The notes below the pieces were generated by a model. That model did not search any database, had not been told where the DNA came from, and saw nothing but the letters and a program-made list of their open reading frames with translations. 33,233 bases of DNA from a virus. Taxonomy: Duplodnaviria; Caudoviricetes. This document shows positions 1 to 9,611 of the stretch, one piece after another. The translations under genes were made by a program, and so were the position numbers. Position 1 is the first letter of the stretch; every line of letters starts with the position of its first letter. The stretch covers positions 1-33,233 of IMG/VR virus record IMGVR_UViG_3300020043_001257, one strand, 5' to 3'.

Positions 1-2
1 GA

Positions 3-419
3 TCAATTATTGAGGCCGTCGGTAAAGTTGCTGGCGATCTGGTCACTACCGACAAAGAACGCATGGAAATGGAGATTGAGCAGCGTAAGCTTGATCTTGA
101 AGAAAAGCGCATTGACCAAGCTACAGACTTAGCGCAGATTGAGGTCAACAAGATTGAAGCTGCATCATCCAGTGTGTTTGTTTCAGGCTGGAGACCCGCG
201 ATTGGTTGGATCGGTGTGGCGGCTATGGCCTATCAGTTTCTGTTGTACCCGCTGTTTCAATGGGGCTGGAAATACTTGCAAGCTATGGGCTGGGTTCCTG
301 TCGGTATGGAGCCACCGCCAGTACTAGACGCAGACCAACTCTGGGTGATATTATCGGGTATCTTGGGCATTGCCGGTATGCGTTCTTTTGAGAAGAGCAA
401 AGGCGTTGCCAGCAAATAA
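3..419 (+). CDS. Holin, 3TM/gene-transfer-agent holin-like; 5'-truncated by window edge
   Basis: Frame is open from position 3 (SIIEAVGKVAGDLVTTDKERME...). EAASSSVFVSGWRPAIGW motif, hydrophobic segments and a C-terminal GILGIAGMRSFEK are typical of this holin family. Confidence 0.85.
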   Translation, partial: SIIEAVGKVAGDLVTTDKERMEMEIEQRKLDLEEKRIDQATDLAQIEVNKIEAASSSVFVSGWRPAIGWIGVAAMAYQFLLYPLFQWGWKYLQAMGWVPVGMEPPPVLDADQLWVILSGILGIAGMRSFEKSKGVASK

Positions 420-428
420 AGGTTGCCC

Positions 429-2501
429 ATGCCATTACAAAAAATACTGTTCAAGCCGGGCGTGAATAAAGAGAACACGCGATACACCACCGAGGGTGGC
501 TGGTATGAGTGCGACAAAATCCGTTTCCGTCAAGGCAACCCCGAAGTTATTGGTGGCTGGACACGCATCTCTGGATTTACGTACGACGGCGTTTGCCGCT
601 CACTATGGAATTGGGTCACGCTTGGTAGCTTGAACCTTGTAGGCGTTGGCACTAACACCAAGTTTTACATTCAAAATGGCGGCGCGTACTACGACATCAC
701 GCCTATTCGCACAACTGTAACGCTTGGCACAGACCCTTTCACAGCCAACGGCACGACCACAGTCACAGTCACGGCTGCTTCGCATGGAGCAACCACAGGC
801 TCATACGTCACATTTAGCGGGGCGACAGGCACATACGCTTCCACCCTCAACGCTGAATACCAAATCACGGTAGTCAACTCTAACTCATACACAATCACAA
901 CGCCTACTGCGTTGTCTGCTGGCTCTTACGGCGGCTCTGCGGTTGTTGCTGCATACCAAATTAACGCTGGCCCTGCTTATGCTGTACCGCTGACGGGTTG
1001 GGGCGCGGGTCCTTGGGGTTCGGGTGTGTGGGGCACAGGTTCAACTTCGACCGTTGGTATGCAGTTGTGGAACCAGATTAACTACGGCGAAGACTTGATT
1101 TATGGCCCTCGTGGTGGTGGTTTGTACTACTGGGATGCGACAAGCGGCGTTAATTCTCGTGGTGTTTTGCTCAATACTTTAGGCGGCACAGTCAGCTTTA
1201 CAAACAGCGCGGTAACAACCGTAGCTACCTTAGTAACTGCAACCGTTTTATACACAGAAGCCGCAGCCATTCAGTTCTCGGGCGGCTCACTGCCCACAGG
1301 CATTACCGCTGGTGTCACGTATTACGTGTTCCAAGTTGACGGCCTGACGTTTAACTTACTGGATGGCACAGGCGCGGAAGTCTTTACTACCTCCACAGGA
1401 ACAGGCGCTGTATCTAAGATTGTGGATGTGCCGACCATTCAGAACACATTTACTGTGTCGGATGTGTCACGCTTTATTATTGTGTTTGGCTGCAATGACT
1501 ACGGCTCTGGCGTCCTAGACCCAATGCTGATTCGCTGGTCTGCGCAGGACGATCCTTACAACTGGACACCCGACGCTACGAACCAAGCAGGTTTCACGCG
1601 CCTTTCGCATGGCTCAGAGATCATCACGACAGTGCAGACTCGTCAAGAGATTGTGGTGTTTACAGATTCAAGCGTGTATTCGCTTCAGTACCTTGGCCCT
1701 CCCTACGTGTGGGCTCCGCAGCTTCTTGGCGACAACATTTCTATTGAAGGGCCAAATGCGGCAGTGATTGCGTCCGGTATTGTGTACTGGATGGGCGTTG
1801 ATAAGTTCTATCAATACGATGGCCGCGTCCAAACGCTCAACTGTGATCTGCGCCGTTATGTGTTCCAAGACTTTAATCAGTCCCAAGCTGCACAGGTGTT
1901 CGCTGGTACAAACGAAGGCTTCAATGAAGTCTGGTGGTTCTACTGCTCGGCTAACAGCACCACGGTCGACCGCTATGTGGTGTACAACTATGTTGAGAAG
2001 GTCTGGTACTACGGCACGATGGCGCGAACAGCGTGGCTTGACTCTGGGCTGCTTGACTACCCCATAGCGGCAACATACAGCCACAACTTGGTGTTCCATG
2101 AGAGTGGCCTGAACGACAACGAAACCGCTACAACTACGGCTATTAACGCCTATATTTCCTCGTCTGAGTTTGACATTGGCGATGGCCACAACTTTGGTTT
2201 TGTCTGGCGCGTGTTGCCTGACTTGACGTTTGAAGACTCGACCAACTCTCCAGCAGGGACTGTGCCGACTGTGACCATGACACTGTATGGGCTGGCTAAT
2301 TCCGGTTCTGGGGTGACAAGCTCGGCCAATCAGCCTGTGGCCAAGAGCAGTACGTATGTCATTACTGAGCAGTTTACGGGGCAGATATTTACGCGCATGC
2401 GCGGTCGCCAGATGATCTTTAAGATTGGCTCCAACCAGATTAACACTGCTTGGCAGCTCGGCGCTCCGCGTATAGATATTCGTCCTGACGGCAGACGTTG
2501 A
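429..2501 (+). CDS. Virion tail protein, probable tail tubular/nozzle (head-stabilisation) protein
   Basis: ATG at 429 follows AAAGG. Beta-rich protein with IRWS..DD..NW and YWMG..KFY.YDGRVQTL.C segments typical of podoviral nozzle beta-propellers, plus Thr-rich inserted domains. Located in the structural block. Confidence 0.65.
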   Translation: MPLQKILFKPGVNKENTRYTTEGGWYECDKIRFRQGNPEVIGGWTRISGFTYDGVCRSLWNWVTLGSLNLVGVGTNTKFYIQNGGAYYDITPIRTTVTLGTDPFTANGTTTVTVTAASHGATTGSYVTFSGATGTYASTLNAEYQITVVNSNSYTITTPTALSAGSYGGSAVVAAYQINAGPAYAVPLTGWGAGPWGSGVWGTGSTSTVGMQLWNQINYGEDLIYGPRGGGLYYWDATSGVNSRGVLLNTLGGTVSFTNSAVTTVATLVTATVLYTEAAAIQFSGGSLPTGITAGVTYYVFQVDGLTFNLLDGTGAEVFTTSTGTGAVSKIVDVPTIQNTFTVSDVSRFIIVFGCNDYGSGVLDPMLIRWSAQDDPYNWTPDATNQAGFTRLSHGSEIITTVQTRQEIVVFTDSSVYSLQYLGPPYVWAPQLLGDNISIEGPNAAVIASGIVYWMGVDKFYQYDGRVQTLNCDLRRYVFQDFNQSQAAQVFAGTNEGFNEVWWFYCSANSTTVDRYVVYNYVEKVWYYGTMARTAWLDSGLLDYPIAATYSHNLVFHESGLNDNETATTTAINAYISSSEFDIGDGHNFGFVWRVLPDLTFEDSTNSPAGTVPTVTMTLYGLANSGSGVTSSANQPVAKSSTYVITEQFTGQIFTRMRGRQMIFKIGSNQINTAWQLGAPRIDIRPDGRR

Positions 2502-3193
2502 TGGCAAGTAGTAAGCGTCTTTTAAACCCTGCTGTTCCCAACTTACCATTGGGCACGGTTGAGTATGAGCGCAGGTATCAGGATCAGTACTCCAACGTTT
2601 TGCGCCTGTACTTCAACCAACTGCGTAACTCTTTGAGTGAACTGCTTGGGTTAGATGGTGGTAAGTATCTTCAATTTCCTCATATCGCTGCATCCGATAA
2701 CGCAACCCAGTATGCAACAGCGGCAAACACGCCGACCATTGTTCAGTGGACTACTTTGGATGCCGGTAGCGGGTTCACGCTAAACCCCAACAGCACTGCC
2801 ACTGCACAAGCTTCAGGTGTGTACAAAATAACTTACAGCCTTCAGTTTGCTAATGATGACAACGCAGCGCATGATGCGATTGTTTGGTTGCGCGTAAACG
2901 GGCTTGTTTCATCCTCGGCCAACGACGTCCCAAACTCTACAACTATTTTTACGGTTTCTGCACGGAAAAGTGCAGGTGTGCCAACGTATGTGGCCGGGTA
3001 CTCTGAAGTTGTGTTTTCATTAAACGCCGGAGATTCTATTGGGTTGTGGTGGGGAGTGACTCAAGCCGCCACTTCTGGCGGTGCAACGGGTATCTACATG
3101 CTTGCCGTACCTGCCCAAACTTCCCCTATGACGTACCCTGCGGTTCCTTCAGCAATCGGCTCTATAACATTTGTGTCCGCACTACCAACATGA
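2501..3193 (+). CDS. Structural protein with C-terminal C1q/TNF-like beta-sandwich (tail-associated)
   Basis: TGATG overlap with the upstream stop. N-terminal P.LP....Y...Y......LRLYFNQL helix, then SGVYKITYSLQF..VWLRVNG..LNAGDSI.L.W pattern. Confidence 0.55.
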   Translation: MASSKRLLNPAVPNLPLGTVEYERRYQDQYSNVLRLYFNQLRNSLSELLGLDGGKYLQFPHIAASDNATQYATAANTPTIVQWTTLDAGSGFTLNPNSTATAQASGVYKITYSLQFANDDNAAHDAIVWLRVNGLVSSSANDVPNSTTIFTVSARKSAGVPTYVAGYSEVVFSLNAGDSIGLWWGVTQAATSGGATGIYMLAVPAQTSPMTYPAVPSAIGSITFVSALPT

Positions 3194-3199
3194 TATTAT
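3171..3199 (+). promoter_or_regulatory. Candidate sigma70-type promoter with extended -10
   Basis: TTGTGT(3171-3176)-17 nt-TATTAT(3194-3199), with TGn directly before the -10. GAGAGG RBS and the ATG at 3227 follow. Confidence 0.4.
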
Positions 3200-3226
3200 C
3201 AAACAACCCCATTTTGAGAGGCAAAA

Positions 3227-6200
3227 ATGAGCCTGCATAAGTTTGCCGAACAGGTAGCCGCGCAAGGTCGCGGTGACGATTCACTACTCGTACACATGAC
3301 GCCGGAAGAAGTTCGGAACTTGCAAAAGTTTGCCGAAGCTAATGGCACGACGCTGACCATCAATCCTACTACGGGTTTACCCGAAGCTGGCCTTCTGTCT
3401 GACTTGTTCAAGGCTGTTGCCCCTATTGCCCTTGGCGCTTTCTTAGGCCCCGGTGCGTTTGGTATTGCAGGTTTGGGCATGAGCGCTGGTGCAGCCGCAG
3501 CTACTGTGGGTGGCATTACAACCTTGGCTACGGGCAGTTTGTCTCGCGGTCTCATGGCCGGATTGGGTGCGTATGGCGGCGCGGGTATGGCTGAAGGTTT
3601 AGCGGGGGCTGGGACAGCCGCTTTAGGGCAAGAAGCAGTGGCTTCTACGGCCTCTGAACTAATGAATGCTGGCGCAGGAGAAGCGCTAACTGGCGAAGCC
3701 TACAACACGGCCTTGCAACAAGGTGTAACTGACAGGCTGGCTGCGGCAACCCCACAAGCCACATTTAACGCCGGTATCAGCAGCGTGGCGGCTGACCCGA
3801 TGCAGTTTGCAAAGAACAACTTTAAGTATCTTGCCGCTGCCGCATCGCCTATTGCCGCAGATTTAATGACGCCGACCACGACCAAGATGCCTGAGTTGGG
3901 CGATACAGGTTATATCCGTCAAAAGATTTACGATCCCTACACGCAGACCTACCGCAGTATGGCTCCGGTTAAAGCCAACGAGTGGAGAGACCGTCAGTTC
4001 TCCGACATCTACAAAGGCGCTAGTGGCGGTATCGTTGCCTTGGCTCATGGTGGTATGACGGGCTACGCCGATGGTGGCGTTACAGACCAGCAAGTTTTTG
4101 ATTGGTTCAAAGCTAATCAAGGCGCAAGCGATGCCGATATTGCCAAAGCTATGGGTGAATTCAAAGTTGGTACAGAGCAAATTGCCCGTGCCACAGGCAC
4201 AATGGATCAGCTTGGCGACTACAACACGCGTTTTGTCCAACAGGTTGCGCAGCCTAACACTACAGCAGAACAGTTCTTAGCCGCCACATCAGGCGCTGGT
4301 ATTCAAAACCAAGCGTTGGCTGATGCGTTGTCAAACTCAGGTTTGTCTGCCGCTGCGCAGTATGCGGCTACGCACAGTGATGTTGGTACCGGTGGCGGTT
4401 TGGCGGGGCTTAACGAGCAAATCAACGCAGCACTTGCAGGCAACACCAACGCAACTTTGGCTGATGCACAAGCAGAGATGAATAAGTACGGCTTGACCAA
4501 CGCCGATGTAATCCGCGCTACTGGCAAATCCGCAGAAGATATTTTTGCGGAACGTGAAGCCGCAGCAGCAGCCAAAGCTGCAGCCGAAAAAGCAGCCGCA
4601 GATAAAGCAGCGGCAGATGCAGCAGCAGCAGCCAAGGCAGAAGCCGATAGGTTAGCAGCTGAAAAAGCAGCAGCCGATGCCGCCGCTAGATTAAAAGCTG
4701 AACAAGATGCGGCCGCCGCCGCAAAAGCCGCAGCCGACAAAGCAGCCGCAGATAAGGCAGCCGCAGATAAGGCAGCCGCAGATAAGGCAGCAGCCGACAA
4801 AGCAGCCGCAGATAAGGCAGCCGCAGATAAGGCAGCCGCAGATAAGATCATTGCTGACGCAGCAGCCGCTAAGAAAGCCGCAGAAGATGCAGCCGCAGCA
4901 GCAGCCAAAGCCGCAGCAGACAAAGCCATTGCCGATGGTAAAACTGCCGCCCAAGTTGCCGCCGCAGCTGCCGCCGCTAAAGCAGCCGCTGAAAAAGCGC
5001 TTGCTGAAAAACTAGCTGCTGAAAAAGCCGCAGCCGATAAAATTGCCGCTGACAAAGCTGCCGCAGCAAACAAAGTCACGGTTGACGGTACGTACACCAG
5101 CGGAGCTGGTGCAACATCCGCTGTTGGTACAAAAGTTGGTCAAGGCACAATTTCTGGTGTTGGCACACTGGCTGACACAGGAACAAAAGGCGCTATTGTT
5201 GATTTTGGCGGAGCTTCGGCATTTAAAACTAACCCGTTGACATTGGCGCAACAACAGATCACTGCACAATCAGCGGCCAAAAATGCTGCGGACAATGCAC
5301 AACTTGATCTATATCGTGGTTTCGTAACGCAGAACCCCAACGCCACAGACCTTGAGCACGCCAACTTCTTAGACAAGATTGGTTTGAGTCCGGACATAGC
5401 ATCTAAAGCCACGCCTTTGTCTCCTCAGCAGATGAAGAACCGTTACTACGATGCCAAGTACAACAAGATGACTGGTGACTCGCAGGCTGCTTACAACTTC
5501 CTGATGGGCAAGGGCGCGTACCCAACCAAGTCTGGCGTTGGCGAAATCATGCGCCCATACAGCGAAGCTACGCTGGGTATGCCTGCAAGCACCAACAAGA
5601 AGTTTATCTTCAACCCAGCGACAAAAACCTACCAAGCCAACCCAGACTATGTAGGCTCTTACCGCGATTCAACTGGCGCTGTGAACTACACAATGTCGCC
5701 ACAGGAAATCTTTGACTACTTCAAAGCTAATCAAGGCCAAGCAGACAGCACCACCTACGACTGGGCTATTGAAAACGGACTGACCGCTGAAGATATTGCG
5801 TCTGCTACAGGTACGCCTTTGTCCACAGTTGCCGCTAGATGGCGCGATGCCAAGGCTAGAAAAGAAGCATCTACTAAAGCTGCTGCGGATACAGCTGCCG
5901 CTGCAACTAAAACTGAAGTACAGCAGGAAAGCACCGGCTTAGCCACAGGCGGCTTAACAAAACTAGCTATGGGCGGTATGCCTATGTACGCCGTAGGCGG
6001 AGGTCTTGGTTCTTTGGGCAGCTACTCTGACGGTGGCCGTTTGCTCAAAGGCCCCGGTGATGGCGTGTCCGACAGCATCCCTGCAACGATTGGCGCTAAA
6101 CAGCAACCCGCACGCCTTGCCGATGGTGAGTTTGTGATCCCTGCACGCATCGTGTCTGAACTGGGTAACGGCTCTACAGAAGCTGGCGCTCGTAAACTCT

Positions 6201-6298
6201 ACGCCATGATGGATCGTGTACAACGTGCACGCGGCAAAACCACAGGCAAAAACAAAGTAGCGGCTAATACAAATGCCGACAAACATCTTCCAGCATAA
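3227..6298 (+). CDS. Probable internal virion/DNA ejection protein with Ala-rich helical repeat
   Basis: 1023 aa, GAGAGG RBS. Gly/Ala hydrophobic N-terminal region, central AAADK repeats, C-terminal GPGDGVSDSIPA..RLADGEFVIPA segment seen in phage ejection/tape-measure-like proteins. Confidence 0.65.
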   Translation: MSLHKFAEQVAAQGRGDDSLLVHMTPEEVRNLQKFAEANGTTLTINPTTGLPEAGLLSDLFKAVAPIALGAFLGPGAFGIAGLGMSAGAAAATVGGITTLATGSLSRGLMAGLGAYGGAGMAEGLAGAGTAALGQEAVASTASELMNAGAGEALTGEAYNTALQQGVTDRLAAATPQATFNAGISSVAADPMQFAKNNFKYLAAAASPIAADLMTPTTTKMPELGDTGYIRQKIYDPYTQTYRSMAPVKANEWRDRQFSDIYKGASGGIVALAHGGMTGYADGGVTDQQVFDWFKANQGASDADIAKAMGEFKVGTEQIARATGTMDQLGDYNTRFVQQVAQPNTTAEQFLAATSGAGIQNQALADALSNSGLSAAAQYAATHSDVGTGGGLAGLNEQINAALAGNTNATLADAQAEMNKYGLTNADVIRATGKSAEDIFAEREAAAAAKAAAEKAAADKAAADAAAAAKAEADRLAAEKAAADAAARLKAEQDAAAAAKAAADKAAADKAAADKAAADKAAADKAAADKAAADKAAADKIIADAAAAKKAAEDAAAAAAKAAADKAIADGKTAAQVAAAAAAAKAAAEKALAEKLAAEKAAADKIAADKAAAANKVTVDGTYTSGAGATSAVGTKVGQGTISGVGTLADTGTKGAIVDFGGASAFKTNPLTLAQQQITAQSAAKNAADNAQLDLYRGFVTQNPNATDLEHANFLDKIGLSPDIASKATPLSPQQMKNRYYDAKYNKMTGDSQAAYNFLMGKGAYPTKSGVGEIMRPYSEATLGMPASTNKKFIFNPATKTYQANPDYVGSYRDSTGAVNYTMSPQEIFDYFKANQGQADSTTYDWAIENGLTAEDIASATGTPLSTVAARWRDAKARKEASTKAAADTAAAATKTEVQQESTGLATGGLTKLAMGGMPMYAVGGGLGSLGSYSDGGRLLKGPGDGVSDSIPATIGAKQQPARLADGEFVIPARIVSELGNGSTEAGARKLYAMMDRVQRARGKTTGKNKVAANTNADKHLPA
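4727..4846 (+). repeat. Coding tandem repeat: 8 x 15 nt (AAADK), organised as 2 x 60 nt
   Basis: [GC(C/A)GCAGCCGACAAA + (GCAGCCGCAGATAAG)x3] occurs twice, inside a wider degenerate Ala/Lys/Asp tract (~4558-5070). Confidence 0.95.
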
Positions 6299-6308
6299 GG
6301 AATAGATC

Positions 6309-7538
6309 ATGGCTGATCCACAAGTCTCCCAAATCTCGTCGTCACAGACGACCATCCCTGACTATGCACGTCCTTATGTTGAGGATTTGTTAGGCCAAGC
6401 GCAAGCCGTTACAGACATTGGCCAGAACCCCTACATGCAGTACATGGGGGAGCGCGTTGCTCAGTTTACGCCTATGCAGCAGCAAGCCTTCGAAGGTGCG
6501 CAGGGCATGCAGGTCGCTCCTCAGTTGCAACAGGCTACAGACTTAACAGGTTTGGCATCTCAAGCAGCGCTTAACTACGGCACATACAGCCCCGGTCAGT
6601 TCTCTGCCTACACGGTACAGAATCCTGACCTGAACTACTACCAGATGGCCCCTTCTGAGGGGGTTACAACGGAGTCTTTCACACGTCCTAGTACGCAAGA
6701 CTTATACATGTCACCGTACATGCAGAACGTGGTTTACCGCCAGCAACAAGATGCACAGCGTCAAGCCGACATTGCCCGTCAAACCATGGGTGCACAAGCT
6801 GCACGCTCAGGTGCGTTCGGCGGTAGTGGCGACTACTTGCAACGCGCTCAGTTGGCAGGTAATTTAGCCCGTCAAAAGGGCGACATCATGGCGCAAGGCC
6901 AGCAAGCTGCTTTCCAGCAAGGTCAGCAACAGTTCAACACTGAGCAAGCCGCTAGACTGCAAGCTAATTTGGCCAATCAACAAGCCGGTTTACAAGTCGG
7001 TGGTCAAAACCTGCAAGCCAAGCTGGGTGTACAACAATTAGGCGCTGGCCAAAACTTACAGGCGCAACTGGCCAACCAACAGCAGTTAATGCAGGCACAG
7101 CAATTAGCCGAGCAGTCACGCCAATATGGTGCAGGTTTAGGTCTTCAAGGCTTGCAGACAGCTCTGACAGGCGCAGGCCAACTGGGTAACTTGGGCAACC
7201 AAGCGTACAGCCAAGGCATGGGCATCAATCAGTTGCAGAACCAGTACGGTACTCAGCAACAGCAGCAAATCCAGACCATGCTGAACAATCAGTATCAGGA
7301 CTTCCTGAACTACCAGAACTACCCATACAAGCAGTTGGGCTTCATGTCTGACATGCTGCGTGGCTTGCCTCTGACTCAGCAGTCCTCGACTGTTTATCAA
7401 GCAGCGCCTTCTATGGTGTCACAAGCGGCGGGTCTTGGCACAGCCGCGCTGGGAGCAAGTAAACTCTTTGCTAAAGGCGGAGCCGTTGACGATCGTCCTG
7501 CTGGGTTGGCTGACTTAGCTGTCTATAACATGGGCTGA
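6309..7538 (+). CDS. Probable DNA ejection/pilot protein, Gln-rich
   Basis: AAGGA RBS. YMSPYMQNV and AARSGAFGGS motifs, Q/G/A-rich coiled coil, C-terminal AAGLGTAALG segment. Synteny with the other virion genes. Confidence 0.6.
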   Translation: MADPQVSQISSSQTTIPDYARPYVEDLLGQAQAVTDIGQNPYMQYMGERVAQFTPMQQQAFEGAQGMQVAPQLQQATDLTGLASQAALNYGTYSPGQFSAYTVQNPDLNYYQMAPSEGVTTESFTRPSTQDLYMSPYMQNVVYRQQQDAQRQADIARQTMGAQAARSGAFGGSGDYLQRAQLAGNLARQKGDIMAQGQQAAFQQGQQQFNTEQAARLQANLANQQAGLQVGGQNLQAKLGVQQLGAGQNLQAQLANQQQLMQAQQLAEQSRQYGAGLGLQGLQTALTGAGQLGNLGNQAYSQGMGINQLQNQYGTQQQQQIQTMLNNQYQDFLNYQNYPYKQLGFMSDMLRGLPLTQQSSTVYQAAPSMVSQAAGLGTAALGASKLFAKGGAVDDRPAGLADLAVYNMG

Positions 7539-7543
7539 AGAAC

Positions 7544-9610
7544 ATGATTGATGTAAACCAAATCACTACGACCCTGCGCAGCATGCCCGATCGGGCGCTT
7601 CAGCAGTACGCCATGATGAATAAGGCGAACCCCTACGTTTTGTCTTTGGCGATTGCCGAGAGCAATCAGCGCAAACAACTACGCATGGCCGCGCAAGCAC
7701 GGAACGTGGCGCCCCAACCCAAAATAGCGGACTCTGCTATTGCGGGCATGGCCGAAGCCCCTGCCGTTGATGCTATGGGTAACGTGACTGGTATGGCCGC
7801 TGGTGGTTTGCCCGAAGATCAGGGTATTGGGCGTTTGCCTACTCCCAACATTCAGCGCATGGCTGATGGCGGTATCGCTGGTTATGGTGATGATGAAGAA
7901 GGCATGGCTCAAGGCGGCATGTTTGACTTTGCACAGCGCAGTGAGCCTGTTGTGCGTATGGCTGAAGGCGGTGTGCCGGGCTACGCCAAAGGCGTGTACA
8001 ACAACGAACGTTTCAGAGAGTATCTGAAAGCTATTGGTATGACTGGCTCCGAGTTTGCTAACGCTGATGCGGCTACTAAACAAAAAGTGCTGTCAGACTT
8101 TGGCGATGTTACGTCTGGCCCACAAAAAGCCGCGCCTAAACCTGCAGCGCCTACAGCGCCAGCAGCACCTACAAAAGAAGGCGCTTTATACAAACCGGCA
8201 AAAGCGGTTGGAGAAGCCGTCAAGTACGGAAAAGGTGCGGCTAAAGGCGTTCCTTTTTTAAGTGGCGCTATTGGCGCGTATCAAGGTTTGTCTGACGCAA
8301 ATGAGGCTAGTGGTTTTTACAACGACCCCAACGTTCCCACACTAGAAAAGGCAAAGCAAGCAGGTCTAACAACTGTAAAAGCAGGCTTGCCTGTTGCCGG
8401 TGCGGGTATCGGTTCTTTATTTACTCCCGCTGGTACTTTTTTTGGTGGTCTGGCTGGCACAGCCGCATCGGAATATTTGGATTTAGAAACCGAAGCATTA
8501 AAGGCTTGGAAGAAAGCTAACCCACAAGCTACGCCAGAGCAGACCAAACAAGCGGCGGCCAAACTAGTGCCAACGTATAGCACTGACGATCAGTCAAATG
8601 CGGAAGCAAAACGTTTGGGTTTGAAGGTAAACCCAAACACAATGTCCAAGGTTCCCGAAGCCGCAGACGTTGCCGATACTGGTGCCAGTGGCCAAGGAGT
8701 TGGCGGAGGTGGTGCGGGTGCTGGCGGCACTAATGCCCAGAGCATCAAAGATATGTATGCCTTATTTGCAGGCACACCAGACGAACGTCAAGCCAAACGT
8801 TATGCCATCCGTGGTCAACTTGGCGAGTTGGCTGGTGCTGAAACACTGCAAGCCCAAAACATGTACAAGCAACTGCAAGACGACATTGCTGCACGTGGTG
8901 AGTACGGCAAAGACAAAGAAGCGCGGCTTAAAGGTAAAGGCGAGCGTATTGCCAAAGAAGAAGGTCAGTCTAGTGGTTTGGCTCTTCTCGAAGCAGGGCT
9001 GGCGATGATGGCTGGCACGTCCCCCAACGCGTTTGCCAACATTGGTCAAGGCGCTATGGCCGGTACTGCCGCCTACCGCAAGAGCATGGAGAAGATTGCT
9101 GACGCTAAAGATAAGCTGGACGACGCTTATGGTCGCTTGGAAGATGTTCGCTACAACCAGAAGAACATGGATGCCAAGGAATTGCGTGAAGCCAAGGCTG
9201 GTATTGACAAAGCCGCTAATGCTGGCTTAAGAAGTCTGGTTCAGTTTGCTGGCCAAGAGTTGGACATGGATGCCAAAGAAGCCACAACAATGTTTGGCGG
9301 CGCAATTAACTTGCAACAAGCAAATATTGCCGCTGGTCCCGGCTACCAACGTAATGCAATGATGGCTAAGCGTTTTGCTGGCGACGACAAGAAGATGGCT
9401 GAGTTCACCAAAGTTCAAAAGCAGGTTATGTCTGACCTTAAGAACGATACGAACTACAACACAGCCCCATCTGAAGCAGCCAAGAATAAAATCTACCAAG
9501 ACAGATTACGTGCAGCGCTTGCAACCAACCCATTCTTGTCTGCTTATGCAATGAACTTGGGTTTTGAAAATGAGGCCACAGGCCCCGTGCGAAACGCCGG
9601 TGACGAATGA
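7544..9610 (+). CDS. Probable internal virion/ejection protein
   Basis: 688 aa, several MAxGG motifs, glycine-zipper-like hydrophobic stretches (GAGIGSLF..GTFFGGLAG; ALLEAGLAMMAG..ANIGQGAMAG), coiled coils. Confidence 0.6.
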   Translation: MIDVNQITTTLRSMPDRALQQYAMMNKANPYVLSLAIAESNQRKQLRMAAQARNVAPQPKIADSAIAGMAEAPAVDAMGNVTGMAAGGLPEDQGIGRLPTPNIQRMADGGIAGYGDDEEGMAQGGMFDFAQRSEPVVRMAEGGVPGYAKGVYNNERFREYLKAIGMTGSEFANADAATKQKVLSDFGDVTSGPQKAAPKPAAPTAPAAPTKEGALYKPAKAVGEAVKYGKGAAKGVPFLSGAIGAYQGLSDANEASGFYNDPNVPTLEKAKQAGLTTVKAGLPVAGAGIGSLFTPAGTFFGGLAGTAASEYLDLETEALKAWKKANPQATPEQTKQAAAKLVPTYSTDDQSNAEAKRLGLKVNPNTMSKVPEAADVADTGASGQGVGGGGAGAGGTNAQSIKDMYALFAGTPDERQAKRYAIRGQLGELAGAETLQAQNMYKQLQDDIAARGEYGKDKEARLKGKGERIAKEEGQSSGLALLEAGLAMMAGTSPNAFANIGQGAMAGTAAYRKSMEKIADAKDKLDDAYGRLEDVRYNQKNMDAKELREAKAGIDKAANAGLRSLVQFAGQELDMDAKEATTMFGGAINLQQANIAAGPGYQRNAMMAKRFAGDDKKMAEFTKVQKQVMSDLKNDTNYNTAPSEAAKNKIYQDRLRAALATNPFLSAYAMNLGFENEATGPVRNAGDE

Positions 9611-9611
9611 G

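Noticed and set aside
4727-4846. CRISPR array
   Set aside because: Contiguous in-frame 15-nt coding repeats with no unique spacers.
4303-5097. Antisense and alternative-frame ORFs over the repeat (264 aa Ala/Ser-rich, Cys-rich 4691-4954, Gln/Pro-rich 4707-5015)
   Set aside because: Shadows of the low-complexity repeat, with no RBS or independent motifs.
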